Positions 40,643 through 49,422 of a DNA stretch of 64,000 nucleotides are shown piece by piece. The stretch is from positions 1,065 through 65,064 of the forward strand of contig JALOBP010000003.1 in NCBI GenBank assembly GCA_023228295.1, in the 5' to 3' direction. Positions within the stretch are counted from its first letter, which is position 1. Each line of letters opens with the position of its first letter. The notes below the pieces were generated by a model. It saw nothing but the letters and a program-made list of their open reading frames with translations. It had not been told where the DNA came from and ran no database searches. This stretch comes from Methanoregula sp. Lineage in GTDB: Archaea; Halobacteriota; Methanomicrobia; Methanomicrobiales; Methanospirillaceae. Both the position numbers and the translations under genes were made by a program.

Positions 40643-41146
40643 TTACAGGTACATCGATCCCATCGAAACCGTCTTACTGCTCCGGGTATCGATGACCATC
40701 CAGGTAACTTCGGTATCCGGGTACATCCGCAGGTTCCCGTATTCAATGCCGGAAGAGTCCCCGATCACGTTTGTCGGTGTCTCACCCTCGATGTAGAACG
40801 TATCGCCTGCTTTTACCGTTGTCTGACTGGTTCCCACCTGCGTGAAATTGACGCAGGTCTTGCCAACATCCGCCCTTGTCAGGGTCGTCTTCTTCTCACC
40901 TGAAAGGAACGCCACCTGGAGAGTATTTAGCGAGACCGGATCCCCGCCGGCATGATCGAAGTAGGTGCGGTTCTCAAGGAGATTGACTCGGACCTTGAAG
41001 GTGGCCTGCGGCACCTTCTCTCCAGTGTCGCTGAACCCGCCGGCAAAGGTGCTGACAACGGCCGCGATCATGATCGTGACGGCCAGCATCAGCATCACGC
41101 CGACAACGGGTGAAACGGCATCCTGTCGGTGACCGGGCCGGATCAA
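40643..41146 (-). CDS. Archaeal type IV pilin (DUF1628/Pilin_N), subtype B
   Basis: Class III signal RQDA-VSPVVGVMLMLAVTIMIAAVV; HAGGD motif. Confidence 0.88.
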   Translation of the reverse strand: MIRPGHRQDAVSPVVGVMLMLAVTIMIAAVVSTFAGGFSDTGEKVPQATFKVRVNLLENRTYFDHAGGDPVSLNTLQVAFLSGEKKTTLTRADVGKTCVNFTQVGTSQTTVKAGDTFYIEGETPTNVIGDSSGIEYGNLRMYPDTEVTWMVIDTRSSKTVSMGSMYL

Positions 41147-41805
41147 ACGATCACCACGTCTTTGTCATAGATGATCTGCCCACTGGGAGTGTGGATGATC
41201 TTGACACTGACTGTCGATCCCACCGGGAAATCGTCTTCCAGATCAACTCCCGGGAAGAGGTACTCCATGCCGGGATTGTGCTGGTCGGCCGCTTCACAAA
41301 ACTGTGCCGGAGTAACAAGAATATCCCCGGGCCGGAAGGTTGCCGAGGCATTGCCGAACCAGTTCTGGAAGCCTTTGTCTGAATCCTGGAGGGATTCTGC
41401 CGGGGACGCAAGATCAAAGCGGTTGTCGTCATTGAGGAAGAGAACGCCGGAATATTTTCCGGACGTGTAGATACCCCAGTCATCATCACCGCTCACTGCC
41501 TGCTGGCCGTTCAGGGATCCCTTAACTGTCATGCCGGAAGGCGAACGATAATACGTGATGAGCTGGAGGTCTTTTGTGGGGAGGACATTACCACTGATGT
41601 GCTTGATTGTCATCGATGGGATCGTACAGCCCCCGTAATCCTTGGCAGCATACATGCTGACATCGAGAATCGCACTCGGGGCTTTCTTCTCGGTACCTGA
41701 AAGCCCGCCCGCTGCTGCGCTGACAATCGCTGCAATCATAACGGTGATGGCCAGCATCAGCATCACGCCAACAACTGGTGATACTGCATGATCCGTTCGG
41801 TTCAT
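41143..41805 (-). CDS. Archaeal type IV pilin, subtype A
   Basis: DHA-VSPVVGVMLML; LPTKDLQL; C-terminal IIHTPSGQIIYDKDV. Confidence 0.88.
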   Translation of the reverse strand: MNRTDHAVSPVVGVMLMLAITVMIAAIVSAAAGGLSGTEKKAPSAILDVSMYAAKDYGGCTIPSMTIKHISGNVLPTKDLQLITYYRSPSGMTVKGSLNGQQAVSGDDDWGIYTSGKYSGVLFLNDDNRFDLASPAESLQDSDKGFQNWFGNASATFRPGDILVTPAQFCEAADQHNPGMEYLFPGVDLEDDFPVGSTVSVKIIHTPSGQIIYDKDVVIV

Positions 41806-41848
41806 TCCTTCATCCCCTGCACTTTATTGTAGGTTATTTTCCATCCAA

Positions 41849-41994
41849 TTAATACTTTTTTTTATTTTTGTAATACCAAACTTGTTAACAACTTCTTTTG
41901 TTTTAACTCAATATATATTTATCAATTGAGTCTCAAGTCTAATATAAGATAACACTTCCGAATCGGGTATTACAAAAAGAAAAATTTTTATTAC
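41849..41994. promoter_or_regulatory. Divergent pilin promoter with two putative operators: TTAATAC-N14-GTAATAC (41849-41876) and GTATTAC-N14-TTATTAC (41967-41994)
   Basis: The two sites are near-inverted copies flanking a central TATA-like AT tract. Confidence 0.55.
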
Positions 41995-42127
41995 TTTGTG
42001 CCGAACGTAAAGAATACGAATGAGGGGTAACCTGACCGTGGCTGGCGGACAATGGTTATGCCCGGGTCTATGCTGTCACCCTTATGAAGAATGGAATTTT
42101 TAGACTATACCGAAAGTCTTCTGAGGA

Positions 42128-42550
42128 ATGATGAAAATCCCCCGCGATAACAGGGAATCGGGCGTCTCCGAAGTAGTCGGCGAGATGCTGATGATCGGCC
42201 TGGCCATCATCCTCATCTCGGTCTTTGCCTCGGTTGTGGGGAATTTCACCCCCTCCGCGCACGATCCGGTTGTCACGATCATGATGACCCATGACTGCCA
42301 GAACGTCACTCTCTGGCACAAGGGGGGTGACTGGGTGAAGACCGAAGAGCTGACGGTTATCATTGGCAACGACTCCTCCCGGCAATCCTACACGCAACAG
42401 GATACCTGGTTCATCCCGGTGCCGAAAAAGACTGTCTTTGATCTCGGCAGCAACATCACCATAACAACCTATACGAACTTTGCAGGTGACGAAACCGTGA
42501 GCCTCGTCACATCCCGCGCAAACATATTCTCCGGGAAGGTGCACCTGTGA
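42128..42550 (+). CDS. Archaeal type IV pilin (short, HxGGD type)
   Basis: RESG-VSEVVGEMLMIGLAIILISVF; WHKGGD. Confidence 0.85.
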   Translation: MMKIPRDNRESGVSEVVGEMLMIGLAIILISVFASVVGNFTPSAHDPVVTIMMTHDCQNVTLWHKGGDWVKTEELTVIIGNDSSRQSYTQQDTWFIPVPKKTVFDLGSNITITTYTNFAGDETVSLVTSRANIFSGKVHL

Positions 42551-43509
42551 AGGACGATGCAGTTGCCCCGGTTGTTGCAGCCATGCTCGTGCTTGCCGTC
42601 ATTGTTACCATCTTTTCGGCATGGAATGCGGTTTTACTCCCGTCCTTAAAGGAGCAGTCCGAGATGACGCAGGATCGCGAGGTTGTCGGGGCATTCAGCC
42701 GTTTCTCTTCCGATATTTCAACCGCAGCATCCATGAAACGCGACCTGACATTTTCCGAGCCGCTGCCGCTGGGCGGGGGTGGCACGGCTTTCAGTCCCCT
42801 CACATCAGCAGGGACGATCAGGGTGAACGGCGAGCCGTACCCGCTGTACAATGTCACAATCACGGACGGCGGTCTTGATTATATTACGGACGGGAGGCTC
42901 GTCAATTTCTCGTATCATCCGGTTAGTGATTTCTGGCTGGACCAGGGGTATGTCTGGCGCTACGGGTACGTGAACGTGACCAAAGGATCTTCCCCGCATG
43001 GTACGGACGGGGCAGCGCTCTCGACCCCGCTTGAGTACCCAACCATGGAGAACGTGACAAAGTCTGCAACGATCCGGAAGTTTGCTTCTTCGCTTACCGG
43101 TATTGAGTCACGCCCATGGTACAACTCCTCGACAAACTGCTCGCAGATCACCATGTCATCCGTTACGTTCCGGCCGGAGCCGGGCGCAGATTATACAAGC
43201 AGCAACGGTATCGGTACATTTGCCCTTACAGCAACCGTGAACGAGACCGGGTATGGGATTCCGGAGACAACGAGCCCGAACGCGATCACGGTGTACGTAA
43301 ACCGGGTTGATCCCGACTCGTTCCCGCTCGCTGTGTACGTGCAGTGCAACAAAAGTTTTGCCAGTCTTTCAGAAAAATATCCAGGCAATGTCGTGCACAG
43401 CTTCGCATCCGGCCCGGAGTACAAGATGACCCGGATCGAACCGGTGCCCGGCAGCCTGCCCTTCATCGTCACCCACCGGCACATCGCGATCAATGTTTCA
43501 GTCATGTAG
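42547..43509 (+). CDS. Large minor pilin-like protein with class III signal peptide
   Basis: MKDDA-VAPVVAAMLVLAVIVTIFSAWN; S/T/N-rich secreted body; GTGA overlap with the upstream pilin. Confidence 0.75.
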   Translation: MKDDAVAPVVAAMLVLAVIVTIFSAWNAVLLPSLKEQSEMTQDREVVGAFSRFSSDISTAASMKRDLTFSEPLPLGGGGTAFSPLTSAGTIRVNGEPYPLYNVTITDGGLDYITDGRLVNFSYHPVSDFWLDQGYVWRYGYVNVTKGSSPHGTDGAALSTPLEYPTMENVTKSATIRKFASSLTGIESRPWYNSSTNCSQITMSSVTFRPEPGADYTSSNGIGTFALTATVNETGYGIPETTSPNAITVYVNRVDPDSFPLAVYVQCNKSFASLSEKYPGNVVHSFASGPEYKMTRIEPVPGSLPFIVTHRHIAINVSVM

Positions 43510-43853
43510 AAGGGGGGACGCGTGCAGAACGCAGCCCGGGTACCAGAGAAAACTGGATCCGAAAAAGCCCTCCTCCCGCAGGAACACACCCTCCAGCAGG
43601 ACCGGGGGGTGAGTTTTGCCACCCAATTCACCCCCAATTAGACCGTATGGGCTTCAGGTGATAAAACCGGGAAACCGGGGCCATTGCGGGGAGATATTTT
43701 TCAATTTACCGCCCGGATCCGGCGATTTCCCCGCGTTTTCGGGGTCCCGAAAAATCAGGGGATTTTCAAATCGCCTGTAAAACGCTCAGATTGGCAAACG
43801 GAGCCCGTTTTGAGATAGAGGGCCTCTGCTCCACCATACCCCTCCCCCGAGGA

Positions 43854-44321
43854 TCACTCTCCGACGGAGGGGGTGACCGGGAACCCCTCCTCTGCCGGGA
43901 CAGGCCCGGCTTTCGGGAGGGGTGCCGGGACAGTCTTTGGGGATGCAGGGGGCCTGGTCCTCGTCATGGGGGGCAGCACGCTCCCGTCCGGCGCGAGTTC
44001 GACAAGACCGTTTGCCGTCACCCGGAAGAACCGGATGAAGTACTTCTCCGAGCATATCCAGAGCTCGCGGGAGATCTGCTCCGATACCGGGTACATCCGG
44101 AGTGCAGCGATCTCTTCTGCTGCCTCGCGCTCAAGCCACTGCACCGTGCAGCGGGCATAGCGCATCCGCTTAAGTTTCACCTCAATCTTCAGGGCCGGCG
44201 TCGTGATCGAGAAGTCCGCAAGCAGCCCCCTCCGCCGCTCGTAGAAGTGGACGAGCCCGCGCCTCTGTGCGATCTCCTCTGCCCGCTCGAGTGCCTTGAG
44301 CGGGTGCCGGCCTTTCGTCAT
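43854..44321 (-). CDS. Hypothetical protein with possible PD-(D/E)XK nuclease-like motif
   Basis: ADF..IEVKLKR D..ExK spacing; Pro-rich tail. Confidence 0.6.
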   Translation of the reverse strand: MTKGRHPLKALERAEEIAQRRGLVHFYERRRGLLADFSITTPALKIEVKLKRMRYARCTVQWLEREAAEEIAALRMYPVSEQISRELWICSEKYFIRFFRVTANGLVELAPDGSVLPPMTRTRPPASPKTVPAPLPKAGPVPAEEGFPVTPSVGE

Positions 44322-44770
44322 CGCGATCCTCCGAAAGAGAACGCGGTTTTTTCCCGATCAATGCTGCGGTCGGGATTCGTTGTTCCTGTAGCGGTACCGG
44401 GAAACGATCCAAAATGTGCGGATCGTTCTGTCAGCAATGCAGTAGTCTGGATTATTGCACCATCTCCTTGTTTTGGTATGCCCGCCCCCACCAGTCCCGG
44501 CAGGGGCGTGATGATTCCCGGAATAGTATTCGGTGAAATTATATACGCTTTGTTGTATGAATGATAAATTACAGGAATTCAGGACATTACAAAAAAATAT
44601 TCCGAAATCCACGTTGTTATCGATAATAAAATCATGTGAACTCTCAACAAAATTTCATTTCCTTTTAAGAAAATTTTAAAAAATTTCCTTAAGAAGTCAT
44701 ACAAATTTTTAAACCAACAATACTTTATAATTAAATTCCTAAAATTGATCATACAAAATAGAGGTTTTTT

Positions 44771-45820
44771 ATGACCGACCTATATGTTTTTGCATCAATT
44801 CCCAACCAGGGAAAAACCACCACGGCATTACTGCTTGAAAAAAAGTTACGCGAAGATGGCAAACGTGTCGCGTGCCTTCAGATGAACAAAGACAAAATGG
44901 ATGTCTGCCGATATTTATCCGGGGGATGTTTTCATTACACTCTGCCATTCGAAGCATGCCAGTCGCGGGAATCATTTGAAAAATGGCTGCCGAAGGGATA
45001 CGACGCATACATTCTTGAGATAAGTTACAGCTTTTCCCCGGTCGGGATCCCCTTCATCACCCTGTTCGATCAGGTCAACGAGGTCATTTCCGACGGGCTT
45101 GCAGACAGCTGGCAAAAGAATGCGGAAACACGTTGTCGAAAAAGCTGGGATCGGCATTTCCCGGGCATTCCTGTTCCAGCCGATCTTTTATCGCTTTGGG
45201 ATCTCGTCCATCAGCGTAAAATGCAGCAGGTCTTCACGAAAACGGACGGGCCGAAAGGACCATCCGTGGACCGGAACATGGTCCTGCAAAATCCGGAACA
45301 GTTCGCGGTTGAACAGGCCCGGCCGGGAATGATATTTCCGGTAGGGAAGAAAAAAGCAATTGCCGTTGGCATATTCCCTGCGGAATACTGGGACATCTTC
45401 CCGGGTCTCCGCTGGTTCGGCATGGACTATGCCGGGTTCATGGATGCTGTGCGAAAGGACAGATACGATCTTGCCGTGATTGGCGGGTGCGGGGCGCACC
45501 AGCTGAAACTCCGGAAGTACCCGGACGGGATTCCTACCGTGTGTTACCAGCCGTCGGTTTTCCTTGATCTGGAATACCGGAAGGTTTCAAAGCCGCTCAG
45601 TACCAGTATCCGCTCCATATATGATACGATCAAGGCAGGGAAACCGGGAACACCACTTACAACGGAAGGCGAGCCCTTCTCCGGGTATAACAACCCGTTT
45701 TGGGTAAACCGGCTGTACAAGAAGCCGGAGGTTGTATGGAAGAACGGGAATGTCGTGAACTGCAACGGCTGGTTGCTCCCGCAGTATCTTATCCGGGACG
45801 GGTACCTGGAGGTGAACTAA
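44771..45820 (+). CDS. P-loop NTPase of the BioD/CobB/CobQ-like type with divergent C-terminal domain
   Basis: N-terminal YVFASIPNQGKTT, then GKRVACLQ; strong AT-rich promoter and GAGGT RBS upstream. Confidence 0.7.
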   Translation: MTDLYVFASIPNQGKTTTALLLEKKLREDGKRVACLQMNKDKMDVCRYLSGGCFHYTLPFEACQSRESFEKWLPKGYDAYILEISYSFSPVGIPFITLFDQVNEVISDGLADSWQKNAETRCRKSWDRHFPGIPVPADLLSLWDLVHQRKMQQVFTKTDGPKGPSVDRNMVLQNPEQFAVEQARPGMIFPVGKKKAIAVGIFPAEYWDIFPGLRWFGMDYAGFMDAVRKDRYDLAVIGGCGAHQLKLRKYPDGIPTVCYQPSVFLDLEYRKVSKPLSTSIRSIYDTIKAGKPGTPLTTEGEPFSGYNNPFWVNRLYKKPEVVWKNGNVVNCNGWLLPQYLIRDGYLEVN

Positions 45821-45848
45821 AAATGGGAAGCCCGCCGCCGAGTCCGCC
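45807..45848 (+). repeat. 42-bp exact direct repeat, copy 1 (RBS + first codons of the MGSPPPSPP gene)
   Basis: tggaggtgaactaaaaatgggaagcccgccgccgagtccgcc, identical at 47372-47413. Confidence 0.95.
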
Positions 45849-46512
45849 GGTTATCACGATGAATACCAGTTGCCCGAATGGAAGGCAGATCTGCCCATCC
45901 GGGATTCCTGCGCAATTTCTGGTAATGTCCGATCAGGCCGCGAACCTGTTTGTCAGTATCAACAATGCTCCCGCAGGAAGTTATTCAAATGTCACATCCC
46001 AGTCATTCTCGTTAACACCAAATCCGAATTATAACCCGCTCCGTGTTGTCGGTTCCAATTCCAATGGTTCGACCGAGATGATTTGTGCCGTGTATGGAAC
46101 AACACCCGGAGAAAATGGTTCATATTGGTATTATGATGAAAACAACAGCAATAATATCCATTTACCCTATGAAATCTTACAGGGTATTTCCGCAATATTA
46201 AACGCTGGAGGAACAACTGCATTGATATATGCAGCAAATGCTTTATATGTGCATTTGCAAGGTCTCGCGATTTCCCCCCCGGGAGGTGTTGCGGTTCTTG
46301 AAGGGGCAAGGCCCGGTGTTCCTATTGCCCTACTCCCAAGGCTAATTGACATTCATCAATCAATTCCAGATAGTTATTTGAATTTGACTATCGGACAGAA
46401 TACCGTAATACAGTACAACAGTGATTATTCAAATAACCGGTCAGGTCAGGGAACGATACTCGTCAACGGCAACCAATCAACAATTTTTTGGGGGCCTGAA
46501 AATTGGGCGTAA
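45823..46512 (+). CDS. Conserved-N/variable-C protein 1 (Ig-like N-terminal half)
   Basis: MGSPPPSPP start; YSNVTSQ.FSL.PNPNYN shared with 47388; perfect GGAGGTGA RBS. Confidence 0.8.
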   Translation: MGSPPPSPPVITMNTSCPNGRQICPSGIPAQFLVMSDQAANLFVSINNAPAGSYSNVTSQSFSLTPNPNYNPLRVVGSNSNGSTEMICAVYGTTPGENGSYWYYDENNSNNIHLPYEILQGISAILNAGGTTALIYAANALYVHLQGLAISPPGGVAVLEGARPGVPIALLPRLIDIHQSIPDSYLNLTIGQNTVIQYNSDYSNNRSGQGTILVNGNQSTIFWGPENWA

Positions 46513-46596
46513 TTACCAACGACTTCCGGATTTTTTTTATTGCCTACTATCGGGACAAGAGGACTACAATGTTGTAAAAGTGAAGGACCTGAATTT

Positions 46597-47385
46597 ATGA
46601 CCGAATCGTTTAAAGCGCATCTGATTGATTCCCTCCGGTTCACCAGAGAAACCGTTGCCGGGGACGCGACCCGCAGCATAACTTTTATTCTTGCATGTCT
46701 TTGTGCGGGATTATCAATGATATCAGGACAATTTCTCCCCATTCTCTCTTCCCTGGAGAATGTCCTGCATGTCCCTTATTTAACGCTGGGAGCGATTATC
46801 ATCCTCGGGACGATCATTGTGCTATTCTGGATCGCCCTGGCAGGATATGGCGTCAGGGTTTTCCGGGGAGGTTCTGCTCCGCCATCGTTCACTCCGGTAA
46901 AAATCCTGATGAAAGACGGTTTACTTGTCCAGGTTCCGCTGACACTATGGCTGATTCCCGTCTACCTTTTTGGGGCAGTCAGTATCGGGGCACTGGAAAT
47001 CTTTGGTATCCGGATTTCAAATCTGCTGTGGCTTGGGTATTATTTTCTGGCCCCGGCCATATGTTTCCTCTATGCAAATACCGGAAATGTTATCGAGAGC
47101 ACCCGGCCCTTAAAAATTCTTCTGACAATTAAAAATTCCTCCGGGTTTTTTTATACTGCAACATTTTTTGTTTTCATTGCAGTCTCACTTGTTTATACCT
47201 GGATTGTCTGGGTGCTGACCTTAATCCTGGCATACGTCCTGCCATTCCTGTTCACCCCTGCCTCCTATAATGCAGTTCTATTTTTTTTCTCTCCGATCTA
47301 TATGATTTTCACAGCCAGGTTTTTTACAAATATTCTCGGGAAGCAGACCACGGGAGATAGCATTGGGATTGTGGAGGTGAACTAA
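46597..47385 (+). CDS. DUF4013-like polytopic membrane protein 1
   Basis: GYGVRVFRG..PPSF..MKDG motif and several TM helices. Confidence 0.75.
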   Translation: MTESFKAHLIDSLRFTRETVAGDATRSITFILACLCAGLSMISGQFLPILSSLENVLHVPYLTLGAIIILGTIIVLFWIALAGYGVRVFRGGSAPPSFTPVKILMKDGLLVQVPLTLWLIPVYLFGAVSIGALEIFGIRISNLLWLGYYFLAPAICFLYANTGNVIESTRPLKILLTIKNSSGFFYTATFFVFIAVSLVYTWIVWVLTLILAYVLPFLFTPASYNAVLFFFSPIYMIFTARFFTNILGKQTTGDSIGIVEVN

Positions 47386-47413
47386 AAATGGGAAGCCCGC
47401 CGCCGAGTCCGCC
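47372..47413 (+). repeat. 42-bp exact direct repeat, copy 2
   Basis: Identical to 45807-45848. Confidence 0.95.
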
Positions 47414-48101
47414 AATCCTTATTGTGCCAAGTACCAATTGTCCAATGGGCCGACATTTTGGTTTTGCTGGAGTTCCTGTGCAATTTTCCGTTGCATCCGA
47501 TTCAGCAGTCAATCTGGCAGTTTCTCTGAATGGTCTGAATATTGGTAACTATTCGAACGTTACAAGTCAAAATTTTTCATTAATCCCGAATCCGAATTAT
47601 AATGAGGTCATTATTACCTGCTCAAACAACAATGGGTCGAGCGAGCAGGTCTGTCCACTTTTCGGAAAAACAGCTTTGGGATCTGAAGGATCATATGGAT
47701 ATTTTGACGAAAATTCCAGCATGTATCTGTCAGCAGCCAACAGCATCCTGCAAACCTGGAACTCAATGCCCATTGGTTCGCTACAGGGAACTGTAAGCCT
47801 GTTTCTTGAGCCTTTATTTCCAGAAACGTTAGTTCCAGCGATAATCGCCCGAATTGTTGGCCAATGTGTTAAAGCATTTGAACCAAACCAGGGAAATACC
47901 CTATATTATTTCGACCATGACAGCATGCAAACAATGATTGCATCTGAAGAAAACAAGACCGCCTGTACAGGTATTCTGTATCAGGCATGGGATGATAGCG
48001 GCGATTGCCCACTTATCGGAAATAATTGTCCCTGGTATTGTATTAATTACACTTACGATGGTGACAGTAATTTTTCATTTTCCGATCCGCAGCCGATATG
48101 A
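47388..48101 (+). CDS. Conserved-N/variable-C protein 2
   Basis: First ~110 aa align with the 45823 protein; C-terminus is unrelated and Cys-rich. Confidence 0.8.
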   Translation: MGSPPPSPPILIVPSTNCPMGRHFGFAGVPVQFSVASDSAVNLAVSLNGLNIGNYSNVTSQNFSLIPNPNYNEVIITCSNNNGSSEQVCPLFGKTALGSEGSYGYFDENSSMYLSAANSILQTWNSMPIGSLQGTVSLFLEPLFPETLVPAIIARIVGQCVKAFEPNQGNTLYYFDHDSMQTMIASEENKTACTGILYQAWDDSGDCPLIGNNCPWYCINYTYDGDSNFSFSDPQPI

Positions 48102-48113
48102 TGGAGGGAAAAG

Positions 48114-48845
48114 ATGAATTTTCATTTTTTAATTTTGGAATCTCTTCATTTTACCAAAGCATCCTTTTTTGGCGACCGAACCCGTAGCATATTCTTCCTC
48201 ATTCTTGGGATCATAAGCGGTGTTCTCTCCCTTTATCATAACGCCATCCCACAAATTGAAAACTTCAGGATCTACTGGCAGATAATGTATTCCTGTGCGA
48301 TCTGGGGCGGCCTGATTATACTCTGGCTCCTGACCAACACCATAATCGCAGGATACATGATCCGGATTTTCAGGGACCCCGCATATCCTCCCTCATTTGA
48401 TAATGTAAAAAGCCTGATTGCGGATGGAATAATCGCTGAAATCCTGATCCTGGTTTGGGCCGTTCCTGCACTGATCTGGATGTTTGCGTTTTCCTATCCT
48501 TTCGTCCAGATAGCATTACTGGTTTTTTTAGCTCTCATGTTTCCGGTGAGCCTGTTTCTTTATGCAAACACCGGTAATTTTGCGGAATGCCTGCGAATAT
48601 CCAAAATCCTAACAGTGATTCAACATACCGGGTGGTGGAGATATCTTGGAACCTGGTGCATTGCAATCCTCTGTTTTCTGTTTGCAATCGTTATCACCGG
48701 AATATTCTGGTTCTTGATAACACTGTTCCCGTCAGTCCCGGCTATTCTTACATCGGTAATCAAGTACGGCATTTTCGGGTATGTCATGCTCATGTTCAAT
48801 ATTTTCTTTGCAGGGTTCTTTGCCAGTGTTTTTAGAGATGCATGA
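48114..48845 (+). CDS. DUF4013-like polytopic membrane protein 2
   Basis: GYMIRIFRD..PPSFDN.KSLIADG; YANTGNF..LRI. Confidence 0.75.
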   Translation: MNFHFLILESLHFTKASFFGDRTRSIFFLILGIISGVLSLYHNAIPQIENFRIYWQIMYSCAIWGGLIILWLLTNTIIAGYMIRIFRDPAYPPSFDNVKSLIADGIIAEILILVWAVPALIWMFAFSYPFVQIALLVFLALMFPVSLFLYANTGNFAECLRISKILTVIQHTGWWRYLGTWCIAILCFLFAIVITGIFWFLITLFPSVPAILTSVIKYGIFGYVMLMFNIFFAGFFASVFRDA

Positions 48846-49422
48846 ATGGAAAGGATCGCTGGTGGAGTCAGTGACGGGATTCGGGAAAACAGGAGATTTC
48901 CGAATCTCATGCAGTTATTTTCCTTAACGGCAGTACCAGCCCGAGAAGGAATGATGCTGCGTTCATGAATCGCGTCTGTCAAAAATAATGCGACATTGCG
49001 ATCATAGGCGCCAGTAACATAGAAAATCGGTGGAAGCAATGGCAAGAGTCGTGTTCCACCTGTTGACGGAAAATCCCCGTTGCTTTTTATATTGATGTCT
49101 CGTGTTCCACAGATGAAGCCATCTGGAAGTCAGCAAACAGTGGAACCGATGAGGCGGATCAGATACATCAATATCATTATTCCAGCCAAGCCAATCCCAC
49201 ACTTCTGTTGTCTATAAAGAAAGGATATAAATTATTGCCGGTGGTTTGGACCGGATTACGGACAAAACGGTAGGACCGTTCAATATCAGGTTCAAGAACG
49301 ACATGTCGTATTCGGGAATCGGAAATGATTCTAATATTCGGACACAGGTAAAAAAAACTGGATAATTCCATCTGGTTTTTACATCGGTTCCGCTTCAATT
49401 TTCAAAGGGCGAATAATTTCCT

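Noticed and set aside
43791-44564. 257-aa plus-strand ORF
   Set aside because: Overlaps the better-supported minus-strand 43854-44321 gene; low-complexity R/P/G composition
45807-47413. CRISPR or IS interpretation of the 42-bp repeats
   Set aside because: Only two copies 1.5 kb apart, each covering an RBS and start codons; no cas or transposase genes
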